From assembly GCA_031835245.2 (NCBI GenBank), contig JAVKOQ020000029.1:304561-324560 (forward strand): a DNA stretch of 20,000 bases. Reading direction: 5' to 3'. This document shows, piece after piece, positions 9,153 through 20,000 of this stretch. A model generated the notes under the pieces. It saw only the letters and a program-made list of their open reading frames with translations. It was not told the DNA's origin and made no database searches. The DNA comes from Balamuthia mandrillaris. Lineage: Eukaryota. Both the position numbers and the translations under genes were made by a program. Positions within the stretch are counted from its first letter, which is position 1; the number at the start of each line of letters is the position of its first letter.

Positions 9153-9903
9153 GGCGTGGGAGGGAGCATCCGGTTCCCCATGCATTCACCAGATAACAGG
9201 AATGCAAGGGAGGAGTGGGGACGGAAGGACAGGTTTGGCAAGGACCAAACGAGGACGAAGGGGAAGGTGATTGGGGGGGAAAGGGCATCTGTGGATGCCG
9301 TGGCTTTCGCTTTTTGGGGTGGAACCACATCTTTTTGAAATGCGTTTGTTGCAGTTGTACTTGGTTTTACAACTTTTGTCGGGGGGGGGGGGAAGGAGGA
9401 GGCAAAGGCATGCCTGTGGTTGATGTTCAAAGGGGAAGAGGGGGAGGGATCTAGATCGGGAAGGGATGGGATTTGAAAGAGTTGACGTGGGTTGTTTGGT
9501 GTTTGGTGGCTTTGTCTGGTGGTCGGATATTTTAGGGGGGAACAGCCATTGGTGGGGAGGTTTGGTTGGTGGTGTCTGTTCATTGCTTGAAGCACCGCGG
9601 GCAACCCCCAAAAAAAAAAATAAAAAACTAAAATCTTGACAAGAATGAATGCTCCCCCTCAATGGTTGTGTCCACCGCTGCGGGAGGAGAGAGGAGAGAA
9701 TTGACACGATTGAATGCTCCGCTCAATTTTGTGTCCGCAGTGAGTGTGAGAGGAAGAGAGAAGGGAGTGAGTGAGCGCGCAAGAGACGAGAAGAAGAGAG
9801 AGCGAATTCAACTGAGCCAAGTGACACAAACGACAGGAAAATAAAAACACAACGTGTATTTTGTGATGACAACAGAAAAGAACGAGATAGGGAGCAAATG
9901 GGA

Positions 9904-12900
9904 CTAACTTACATTGCCAAACTTGAGCAAACGTTGTGAACGCCGCTTGCCCTTCCGATCATCTACCTTGGCCTTCTTTGGCTCCGTTTTGGGGCCAGAC
10001 GCCGGAGAGGCAGACGGTACAAGAGCCAACAGCGCCACCATTTCATCTTTCATTCTCACCACTTCCTCCTGAAGCCTCCGTTGAAACTCTTGCCTGAGCT
10101 TTGTCTCTAGTTTGTTGAGCTCTGCCTCCAGGTGGCTCTTACTGACGTATTCTTCTCCTTTGAGAACCACCGTCGCCCCACTCTGTTGTTTGACTTCTTG
10201 ATGAGTTGCGCCACCTTTAGGCTGTGCAACAGAGCTTTTCAGAGGTTGTTTAGCGCCGCCTCCAAACTGAGCTTCTATCAGAGCATCAAAATCGTCGTCA
10301 TCATCGACAAACAAAGCTCTATTTGCCTTTGCTTCCTCTTTCTCTGCTCTTTGTTGCGGTTGAGATTTGCTATTATGAGCACCGAACTGAGCAGCAACCA
10401 TGGCACCAAAGTCATCATCTTCGTCTGCGCTGACTAGCAGCGTTTCAGCAGCGTTGGAGCGTAGAGATAGGTTGGGTGACTCATCGTTGAGGATGAGAGT
10501 GGCAGTGGGACTCTCCCCTTCGCTCGAACTGCTATCCGAGTCGTAGAGCAGAGATGTGCTAAAGTTGCCGATAGAGGGAAGAGAGGAGGGTTCACCACCT
10601 CCTTCCTCCTCTTCATCATCTAAAGGGAGAGAGAGACCGAGCATCGTCAGTGAAAACATAGGGAGGGGAAATGAAAGAAAAGAATAAGAAGGCAAAGAGA
10701 GAGGAAAGTAAGTAAGCTACCAGAAAGAGTGGATGTGGCAAAAGCAACAGTGCATGCTGATGAAACAGGAATAGCAGCAATGGCCGCTGCAGAGCTAGCA
10801 GCGTTACGAGATGGTGCTGCTTGAGAAGTTTTTTCCTTAGTTTCTTGCGAAGCTTGTTTGGCTTGTTCTTTCATCTTCAGCTGAAAGTATTCCGAAATAC
10901 GACCACGAAGAACGGAAGGGCCCTTTGCGCCTCTTATGAACGGATGTTTCAGTAGTTCTGCTGCATCAGGACGGTGAGCCGGATCTGTTAATACATGGCG
11001 TATTTTGTTGTTGTCAGTCTCCAAGAGCAGAAAGAAGAGAAAGAGAAAGAGAGGGAGAGAGAGAGAGAGAGAGAGAAAGAAAGAGAGAGGACCTTTTATC
11101 AGGCACAACGAAATAAAGTTGTTGAAGGTGGAGGAGAATTTGGAGGGATCTGTGAGAGTTGGAGGTGGAGAGGTGGCCACAAGTTTCATTGCAGTCATTG
11201 GATTCATGTCATAGTTTGGAGGAAGGCCATCCGCTAGCTCGATAGCCGTTATCCCCAATGACCATATGTCACACCGAGGTCCGTATTGAGTTCCTGCAAT
11301 GACTTCTGGTGCCATCCACTTTGTGTTGGAAAAGCGAAGGTGAGAAAGAAGAAGGAAGAAGAACAAGAATAACTAGAACAAGTACAAAAAGGAAAGACAA
11401 ATCAAATCAGAGAATCAGAATGTGATAAGAACTTACCAACGGAGTACCAATCCTTGTCCTAGACTTGGCTACCGCATCACTCAATTGCTCTGAAACTCCA
11501 AAGTCGGCTTAAAGCAGAGAGATTCAGCAATGAGATAAAGAAAACAAAGCAAACGTCAAATACAAAGAATATACGGATAGTTACCAATTTTGACATCGCC
11601 GTCGCCATTTATTAACACCTGTTATCACATTGGAAAGAGGTTTCAAACATCGATCGTTACAAAGGTTGTTCACAAAACACGAAACAAGGTGATAACGTAC
11701 ATTGCCAGCCTTGACGTCCCTGTGTATAATGTTCATGCCATGAAGGTATATGAGTCCTTGAATGGACTGCTGCAAAATGTATGCTATTTGGTCTTCCAAC
11801 AGAGGTTTGTTGCACGTCTCGATCAAGTCCCGAGCGGAGCCAATATCACAAAAGTCCATCAATATCTACTCTCCCAAAAAACATAATGGGGTTAGTTTAA
11901 GAACGAGAGAGAGAGAGAGAAAGAGATGAAGAAGAACAAGAAGAACAATACAAGGAGAAAAGCATTACCCAAAAGCTTGTTGGTGTTTGACAACTGCCAT
12001 AATAGCAGACAATATTATCGTGTGAACACTAAAAGAGAAAATGAGCCATGCAGTAAAACAACAGGTGCGGAGTCAGTAAAACAAAAGCTAACCTTTTTCA
12101 AAATATCAATTTCTTTCTTGAGGTCTTCATCGTCCTCAAGAGCAGGCAGTTCTTTTATGGCCACCACAAACTCTGTTTCTCTGTGCACTCCTTTATAAAC
12201 AGCTCCATACGCTCTATTTTGCATTTCAGTATAACATAAAAGATACAAAAAAACAAACGAAAATACACCAACCCTTCTCCCAAAAGTTGGGCCTTCAGAA
12301 ATACTTGCTCCGGATCAACGACTGACCATTGCATGTCAGGTCCCACGTGCACCTTTTGAGATACGTTTCGAGGAGCACTGACCATCAGTTCCAGTTGTGA
12401 AACTTCTCTATAAAGCGTTTTCTTCCGAAGCGCTGCTTTGTTGCGTTTCCTCTCCCGCTCCAATCTCTTCTCTTCCTTTCTTCTCTCCTTCCGTTCTTTC
12501 TTGATCTCCTTTTGAGTGCGTGGTGGTGAGGCAAACTGTTGTTGGTTCTGAGCCTTCAAGTCGTTGACTAGCTTCGTAAAGTCTTTGGAACCTATTCCAA
12601 TGCCATACATTTGATCTTTGGACAGTTTGCCTAAACTCTTTGACCTTGGTTCTAATGATGGTTTGCCTTTCAACAATTGAGCAAACACGGTATAGAGAGA
12701 GAGAGAGAGAGAGAGACGCGCGCGCGCGAGAAATATGCGAGAAGAAGGCTCAACGGACCTTTATGCGAGGAAGGAGGGCCGTGCTTCAAGAATGCGTCAA
12801 GCTGTTGTCCTCTCTGGCGGACAATGCTATGTTGTTCAGGAATCTGAGGATAAGAATGATTCGTTGGAAGACCGGGATGATACACAGCGCCTCCTTCTGG

Positions 12901-14584
12901 TGTGTTTGAGTAATAACCCTGGCTTTGCTCAACAGTCCATCCTTCTTCAAACCTCTCTTTAAAGCAGTACAAAGAGAGCGAGAATTCGCTTGTAAGATAG
13001 CTATTTACAAAAGAGAGAAGAGGGAACGGACCCAAATGATAAAGAATGGTAAGATCGTTGCTTGGAATCTGACGTTTGCCAACGTTTTGGCCCTCACGGT
13101 AGAACCGTTCTTTGATGCCACCAAAAACACAAACTTTGGTGGTCATCATCAAGTTCATGCCCATTTTGGCAACAGCCTGTGGCTCTCCCTCTGTTCGTGA
13201 CATCTTTACTTGTCTGTACTCCCAATTACGTGAGTCTACAATTGGTTCATCCTCGTTAGTAACAGTCAATGCAATAAAAGAGCAAATAAGAGAGAAGCAA
13301 ACTTGTAAAAAAGAGATAGAGGTCGTTGTAGAGAGTTGGTTTCTGTAAATACATGTCTTGTCCCCCATGGAAGATTATAGTACTGCCCAAAACCACCGCG
13401 CAATGACAGCAGCGAGGAGGTGGTGGCCGAGAGGAATTTTGCGAAGTTGAGTCTGCTCCTCCTCCAGCAGGAGAAGTAACAGCAGTAATGCTCGATGGAG
13501 GCAGATGTTTCTCATTGTGTTCCAGTCGAATCCATGCAAGCTCTGAGTTTTTCATCTCTAACATGTGCATGTCACCAAAGCATTGTTTGCCGTTAGCGCC
13601 ACCAAAGGTATATATCTTTTCGTTTACGCCTAGTTTGTGACATGGATGAAGGAGAATGATGAGGATCTGCAAAGGATAAAGAACCGAGATGAAGCAGGTA
13701 AGAAACGAGATGAAGTTTAAGTACAGGAGGAAGTATGCCAAGCACGAGGAGAGGGTGCTGTGCCCGTTGCCGTTCGCTTCTCCCATTTCAGAGCGACTGC
13801 AGACACAGCGAACAGAGAAATGAGAAAGAGAAGGAGAAGGCCAACAACAAGAAAAAGAACAAGCAAAACAGAAGTGGTTAGAGTCAAGGTGGACTTAGCG
13901 AAGCAAAACGCAGTGTACCTGTGTCGAGCACATAGACCTCTTGCAAGCTTAAAAAGGTTCCTGTACTGTTGCGACCGCCCAATACTATGATAGTACCATT
14001 CAGCAGGGAAGCCGTATGACCACACCTTGCCTCCGGAACGTCTCCGCTGGTCTCACCTTTTCGCCAACTCCAGTTTTCTGCGGGGCATATTTGTCAACAA
14101 AAACACAATAAAACAAAGAATCAAAAGAGGATGAACCTAAGTCAAGTATGAACAAGTCGTTGAGACAAGAGGTTCCATCGAAACCTCCAAACACAAACAG
14201 CTGCTGGCCAACGGTGGTGGCGCTGTGTTGGCTTCTAGCGGAGGGATTGCTTCCGGTGGGAGTGAGCATGGCCGCTAGCTTCGAGGGCTTACTCCATTTA
14301 AGACCTGTTTGTGTCGATCGGTTGTTTATTTTATTTTTTTGAACAAGAAGAAGGCAATAAGGATGGCATTACTAAGAGGAACCAAAGAAATAAATATTCG
14401 ATCATAGGGTTAGGAAAAGGAGTTTAGGGGTACCCATGTCCAGCACGTAGACATCGTCAAAGTAGCGCTGGCCATCTTCCCCGCCGAACAGGACCGCCCG
14501 TTCGTTGCCTTCGTCGATGGAGTTCTGAGTATGACCAAAGCGGGCCGCTATGGGACAGCCGGCTTTGGGTTGTATCCAGGCCAT
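9904..14584 (-). CDS. Kelch-repeat / CRIB-like / STE20-family Ser/Thr kinase with C-terminal coiled coil, many exons
   Basis: Kelch repeats: ARFGHT..LFGG, ARSQHSAT..VFGG, GRQGVVIRLPC region, PSPRAWH..IYTFGG, PRCCHCAV..FHGG. CRIB-like motif VSAPRNVSQKVHVG. Kinase motifs LGEG|AYGAVYKG, VAIKEL, IHRDVKAGN, DFGVSEQL, WMAPEVI, DIWSLGIT. The Kelch-to-kinase junction (HKG|KPSLE, intron ~12758-12667) and the last exon junction (LS|DDEEEE) are phase-compatible. Confidence 0.85.
12692..12729. repeat. (GA)n directly followed by (CG)n microsatellite, intronic
   Basis: agagagaga...gagaga then cgcgcgcgcgcg, within the kinase gene intron. Confidence 0.9.
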
Positions 14585-15051
14585 CGTGAAGATGGTGAGC
14601 GTGGTTTAGAGTGGCTTCCCTTCTCTGTTTCTTCTATGTTACCCTGGTGCTGCTGTTATCGTATTGCATTCCGCACGGATATTAATATCCCTATCCATAT
14701 ATACGCCCCTTTCATTAATTCAAAAAAATTATTATTATTTTAACCGGTGTTTCTCCGCCATTTCGTGACCAGTGTTCTTGTTCTTTCGTTTTGTCGTTGT
14801 TGCTTTCTTTTCAAACAAAGAAACTTCCTTTTGTGCTCTCCTTGTCCTCGCCGTTTTTCTTCGAGCTCGTCCGGTTACTATGGTGCTCTCCTCTCCATTC
14901 TCCTGTCCTCAAAAGGAAAACATGGAACGTCGCTTCGACCGACAACGCAATAAGCGTTGTTCGCACGAACGGCGACGCAGAAACTCAACGGCAACCGACG
15001 GAGAAAACATCGTTTTTGGTGGGAAAAGCAAGCAACGGAAGGGAGGACAGC

Positions 15052-16035
15052 ATGTTTGGCTATTTCAAAAGAACAAAAACTCAGTTGGAAGAAGACCCCC
15101 AACCTGGAGAGGAGGGTGAAGGAAAGGAAGCCCAAGGCAAAGGTAAAGCGGTAAGGCGCCGAGCCCGGACGTTGGACGGGCAGTCGGACAAACGCGTGAG
15201 CAAAGGTGCAGACCAGCTAAACACAGCTGAATCGTCCGCCAACACCAAAGCCATCCACCGCAAAAGCAAGGACCCCTTGAAAGAAATCCCTTTTCTGAGA
15301 AACCTTGGCAGGGACTCCAGCGGGAGCTCCTCGCTACCAGATCTGTATCAAGACTTGGAGGAACGGCCCGTCACCCGCGAACGAAGAGCCTCCTTTTCCA
15401 AAGTGCGGAGCATTTCCCTCAAGATCGTCGGCGAGAAGAGCTCAGAGTCAGAGCATGGTGACCTCGCCGAAGCGGCTCAAGTATTAGAGGCAGCCAACCA
15501 ACAACAACTAACACAAAGTGAAGATGTAGAGCCCTCCTCTTCCCCGTCGTCATCCGGGGGAACATCCCCAGGAAACTCTTTGCTGCACATGCTCCCTTCC
15601 TCCCCTCTTTCCTTCTCCTTCGCCAACTTTGGGCTAGCCGGTGCAGACGAGCGGCGTGAGCGGAGGCGCCTCAAACGTGATGAAAAGGAGGAACGCAACC
15701 TCCTCAAGCAACTCGCGAAACAGAGAAGCCGTGAGCTGCGTGCTCTCGCCGCCGCCAAGGAAGGAGGTTTGCGGCAGGTTACCTCTGCCCCCACCCTCTC
15801 TTCCATGAACCCCACCTCCACTTCCTCCTCGCCAGGCACCACCAGTGACTCTGACTCTGACGAAGAGAAAGCAGCTGTGGCATTTAGTCGGTACCAGGAG
15901 AGGGTGGGCAACCCCATGCGGTTCCAGGAGTATGTCAGTACGGGGGCGCCCTCAAGCATCCCGCCCAAGCTCGTTCGCAGCACCTCCCTGAAGCTCACTC
16001 GCAAGGAATGGAAATACGTCTTGGGCATCCCCTAA
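15052..16035 (+). CDS. Uncharacterised Ser-rich, largely disordered protein with a charged coiled-coil stretch
   Basis: Open frame 14791-16035; first in-frame ATG is 15052 (MFGYFKRTK..., ~327 aa). Composition is coding-like but I recognise no domain. It is divergent from the kinase gene, and additional exons are possible. Confidence 0.55.
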   Translation: MFGYFKRTKTQLEEDPQPGEEGEGKEAQGKGKAVRRRARTLDGQSDKRVSKGADQLNTAESSANTKAIHRKSKDPLKEIPFLRNLGRDSSGSSSLPDLYQDLEERPVTRERRASFSKVRSISLKIVGEKSSESEHGDLAEAAQVLEAANQQQLTQSEDVEPSSSPSSSGGTSPGNSLLHMLPSSPLSFSFANFGLAGADERRERRRLKRDEKEERNLLKQLAKQRSRELRALAAAKEGGLRQVTSAPTLSSMNPTSTSSSPGTTSDSDSDEEKAAVAFSRYQERVGNPMRFQEYVSTGAPSSIPPKLVRSTSLKLTRKEWKYVLGIP

Positions 16036-16780
16036 TAGAATTCCATGGAATCCTTCCCTGAGAGGACGGATGGAACTGTGTATAGCATAAGAATAAACTC
16101 CACCCACCTGGCAAGTGTCTCTGCGCAGTGTTATTATGTTTCTTGTGGTTCTAGACGACTTCTCCGTTGTCTTTTCCATTCCGGGGGTATACCGCATGTT
16201 TTATCGACCACTAGCGGCTCCCAGTGGTTTTTTTTTATCCTAAATAGATATAACATCTGGTGGCAGAGGACCCATTCGTTCCTTTTGCTCCATCCATCAA
16301 CAGCGCATCTCCTTGCCGTTTGCTTTTTTGGGGGAGGAGAAGGGGTGAAACCGAATAAGCAAGAGATAGTCTAAATTGTGGTGTTGGACTTGTTGTGGTG
16401 ATGCCTCAACTTTGAAGTGTTTTGCTCATTGGAGGTGCACCGCTACGCGAGCTTCTTCGTAGCCACAAAAAAGGGAGGGAAGGTCAAACGAAATAAAAAG
16501 AGTGGGTCTTTCCTTTCGTTTCTTTTTTTTTTAAGTTTGGGAACAGAAGAGGAAGTGGTGGTGGTGGTGGCGAAGAGAAAGGAGCACACAACAAGCAAGT
16601 GTTGTTTGTTGGAATCTCCTCCTTCCAGTTTTCAACGTCTCTTCTTTTCTTTTGTTCTCGTGATCATCATCTCTCTGTCCATCAAGGTATGGCTCGCTCA
16701 CTCTCTTGTTGTGAGGCAAACCAAACTGACTGCTTCTTTTGGTTGCGCTTATGAAGGTTTGACACACGCATTTGAGGAGG

Positions 16781-19686
16781 ATGTTGATTTCGTGGTTGAT
16801 CTCGGCTGGGGCCTGTTTAGTTCTCTTGCCTTTGAGGGTATTGCTTCCATTCTCCACCTCCTCGCCTGTCCACAAGCGAGCACTAATGAAGATTTTCACT
16901 TGCCTCAGATCTTCGTGAGAATCATCACGATCTTCTTGCCTTTCCTCAAGGCCAAGGAGCGACTCATCGACAGGGATCTGCATGAAGAGAAAAAGCGCCT
17001 CTTTGTGTCAGCATGGAAGAAGCGATTGGAGCAAGTGGACTCGCCAGTCGCCCTGAAAAGCAACCAATCCAACGCCCTGCGAGTGCATTCTAGCAGACGC
17101 TCGTTGCTCCAACTGGACCTTTCCTCTTTCAACAAGGTGATAGAAGTGGACTACACGAAATACCTGGTAGAAGTAGAAGGGCGCACAACCTTTGATGGTA
17201 TACTTCGTTGACCCCATTCGTTACTTTCGTCTTCTCATTTATGTCTTCCTCTTTTCTCCCATGGATAGACTTGGTGAAGGAAACATTGAGGTATGGTCTA
17301 GTCCCGGCCGTGGTGCCGAACATGAAAGGCGTCACTGTGGGGGGCAGCATTACCGGGGTTGCTCTAGAGAGTTCGAGCTTCAAGTACGCTCACGCGGCAT
17401 TCTCTTCTCTGCCTCTTTGTTCCCTCCTCACTCTCCCTCTCTCCGTCTCTACTCTCCTTTATCTCCTCCCTCTCTCTCTCTCCTCTCTCTCTCTACCTCT
17501 CTACCTCTCTATCTCTCTTCACCCCGCTAACAAACATGACGTTAGATATGGCTATGTGCATGAAACAGCAGTTGAACTAGAAGTACTATTGGGGGACGGG
17601 CGTGTTGTGGTGTGCACTCCTACCAACGACTACAAAGATCTATTCTTTGCGTTGCCAAACTCGCAGGGTACCTTAGGATACATCCTTCGCGCAAAGCTTC
17701 GCCTTATTCCTGCTAAGAAGTTTGTGCAGGTTAGTCAAGTTATTGATGAAAAACCTTGAAAGTAAGCAAACTAGTAACCTCATCTTTTATTCTAGTTGAG
17801 GCACTTTAGGTTTAATGACGCGGAAAGCCTCTTCACTGCTTTGGAGCAACAAAGTTCTTTGGTGAAAAATGGAGAAATCTCCACTGCCTCAAAGGTATGG
17901 TATTTTGCAACCGGGTTGAGTTCTTTATTCCAACTAACTCGTGGCCGTGTCTTTTTGGTTTGAGCAGCCTGATTTCATCGAGGGAGTTATGTACGGACCA
18001 AATGAATACTACCTCACATTAGCCAAATTTGTGGATGATGCCCCCTACACAGAAAGTTATACCTGGCGTCATGTCTACTACAAGTCCTTGGCCACCAAGA
18101 ACACTGATTACATGCAAACATATCACTTCCTGGTTAGCAACACTTTGCTGATGATATTTTCCATCTCTTTCTCTTTTATTTTGCTAACGAAGAAATATGG
18201 CTGTTGTTTCTTTAGTGGCGTTGGGATTCAGATTGGTTTTGGAACTCTAACCAATTCTATTTGTTCACGCTCCACTTCTGCATTCCTCTCTGGTCCACTT
18301 CTAGACGCAGCGCTGGGCTTGCTCAAGACAAACTGTCTACAGGAGACAACACCAGCGCTTTTCAATTGAAAGCTTTGAAGAAACGCTTCCTCGGTCACTG
18401 GCACATGAAACGCGTTTCCTTTTACTTTATCAACCTTCAACATCCTCTCTTCCGTTGGCTCTTGGGTCCTATCTTTGGACCTTACGTTCTCAACTCAAAG
18501 AATTTCACCAAGGTTTGGAAGAAGTGGTACACCTCCAAACTCTTTAGGAGCATCTTTCACATCCCTTCCTCCTTCTTTTCGTTCTTCTTCTCCTTCCCTT
18601 TCAACTGGCGTCTGGACAACATCGCAAGTGCTACTTCCTATCCTTCGGAGGACGTGGTGCCCACTTCATTGAAACATCAACCTACCGGTCGTCAGAAGGA
18701 AAGGGTCGAAACGGAAGAGGTAGAGAAACAGCAACAGGACAAGGAGGAAGAAGTTGATAAGAAGAGTAGACAGAAAAGGTCTCACTCATTGTGGCGTGTC
18801 TCTACTTCCAGAGGAAGAGAGATGGTCATTCAAAATGCCAGCGTTCCTATTGAGAATTGCGCGGAGTTTGCGCGATTCCTTGACCAAGAAATCGGTATGC
18901 ACTCTTTCCTCTGGCTCTATTCTCTTTTCGCTTATCTTTTACCCTCATTTATGTTGCACTTCACATAACAACACAACCAAACAAAAAAAAGGTGTTTCTC
19001 CTATTTGGATTTGTCCATTTAGAACGGGACTTCCCCAAAAGTGGCTCACCGGAAAGCTATCTCCTCCTTCCTCCCCTACCTCTTCCGGCAAGCAGACCCC
19101 GCGCCGCTCCTTCCAAATCGAAGAGAGCGACTCCCTTCCCTTCCCCCTCTGCCACTTTGAACCCGGTAAGCTTTACTGCACATTTGGAGTGTGGGGTAAG
19201 AGCTATTTGGAGCATCACTATCAACAGTATCAACAGCATCGCAGATGCAACAGCAGTGGCAGCGTTAGTAGTGGCAGCAGCAGCGCCAGAACCTCTCGCA
19301 GCGCTTCGTTCACGTATACCACCGAGTCACTCTCCCTTATGCTTTCACCTGAGCCACCCGCCAGGAAAAAGGACAAAGAGCCACAAGACATAGATCTTCC
19401 TTCTTTTCTCCTGTCCTCTTCGCCAGCAAACAAACTCGAACAGCTGACAACACCAACTTCAACGATGATGACGCTGATGAACAAAGATCCTAACTACTTC
19501 AATAAGAAGGTGGAGGAGAAAGCGGTGGAATACGGAGGAAAGACACTCGGCACTGCCGTTCACATGAGCAGCAAAGAGTTTTGGAAGGTGCACGACCCTG
19601 ACGACCTCTACCCTTCCTTCAAGGCCAAGTTTGATCCTCACGGAAGGTACTTGGACCTTTACCAAAAGTGCGGTATGGGCATGTAA
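16781..19686 (+). CDS. FAD-binding PCMH-type oxidoreductase, delta24-sterol reductase / Rv3719-TmsA-like, ~8 exons
   Basis: Exon 1 16781-16837 (MLISWLISAGACLVLLPLR) and intron 16838-16908 splice in frame. Motifs VVPNMKGVTVGGSITGVALESSSFKYGYVHE, ALPNSQGTLGYIL, FLWRWDSDWFW, VIQNASVPIE, SPIWICPFR and KAKFDPHGRYLDLYQK. Further GT-AG introns lie near 17198-17268, 17383-17545, 17730-17794, 17895-17967, 18133-18215 and 18895-18992. Confidence 0.88.
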
Positions 19687-20000
19687 ACACACGCACGCAG
19701 ACAAACAACCAACTTCTCTGCCACTTTTTGTAAACATTGAATTTATTATCATTAGCACACAACGAATCCTTCTTTGACAGACTTTCCTTCTCTTTCCTTT
19801 CTTCTCACTTCTTTTCGTTGCTCTCTTCTCTCTTTTCTCCTCTCTCTTCTTTCTTCTCTCTCTCCACTCTCGCAGCAGTGGACACAACCATTGAGGGGGA
19901 GCATTCATTCTTGTCAAGCTTTTATTTTTTTAATTGGGTTGGGGTGCTCCAAGCATCAAGGGGAGGGACCACAAACAGATGCAATGAACAGACACCACCA

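Noticed and set aside
8972..9850. Several 60-210 aa ORFs upstream of the metalloprotease
   Set aside because: Low-complexity promoter/intergenic sequence with homopolymers and no recognisable domains.
16045..16780. ORF 16045..16374 and the N-terminal part of ORF 16417..17211 as coding
   Set aside because: T-rich UTR-like composition. A better start with an in-phase intron exists at 16781.
19459..19917. 152-aa minus-strand ORF
   Set aside because: Built from the CT-rich 3' region and the antisense of the oxidoreductase last exon.

Overview
Compact, intron-containing eukaryotic genomic DNA with short GT-AG introns (often CT-repeat rich) and A-rich UTRs. Gene content and style suggest an amoebozoan, possibly Balamuthia-like; this is inference only. 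Genes in order: 5' end of a vinculin/alpha-catenin-family gene (-), a Golgi type II membrane sulfotransferase (+), methylthioribose kinase (+), TAF4 (-), a secreted reprolysin/M12B-type metalloprotease (-), a Kelch-CRIB-STE20 kinase (-), an uncharacterised low-complexity ORF (+), and a DHCR24/Rv3719(TmsA)-like FAD oxidoreductase (+). The standout is a 516-bp insert (3350-3865) between the convergent 3' ends of the MTR kinase and TAF4 genes. It is a 5'-truncated, frameshifted Fanzor2/IS607-TnpB-like nuclease remnant with a hairpin-rich putative omegaRNA end, flanked by a perfect 15-bp direct repeat (AAAGGCGGTGTTCTG). One repeat copy lies where the guide would be read, so the other copy looks like the guide's own target. 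Family assignments come from recalled motifs, not database searches.
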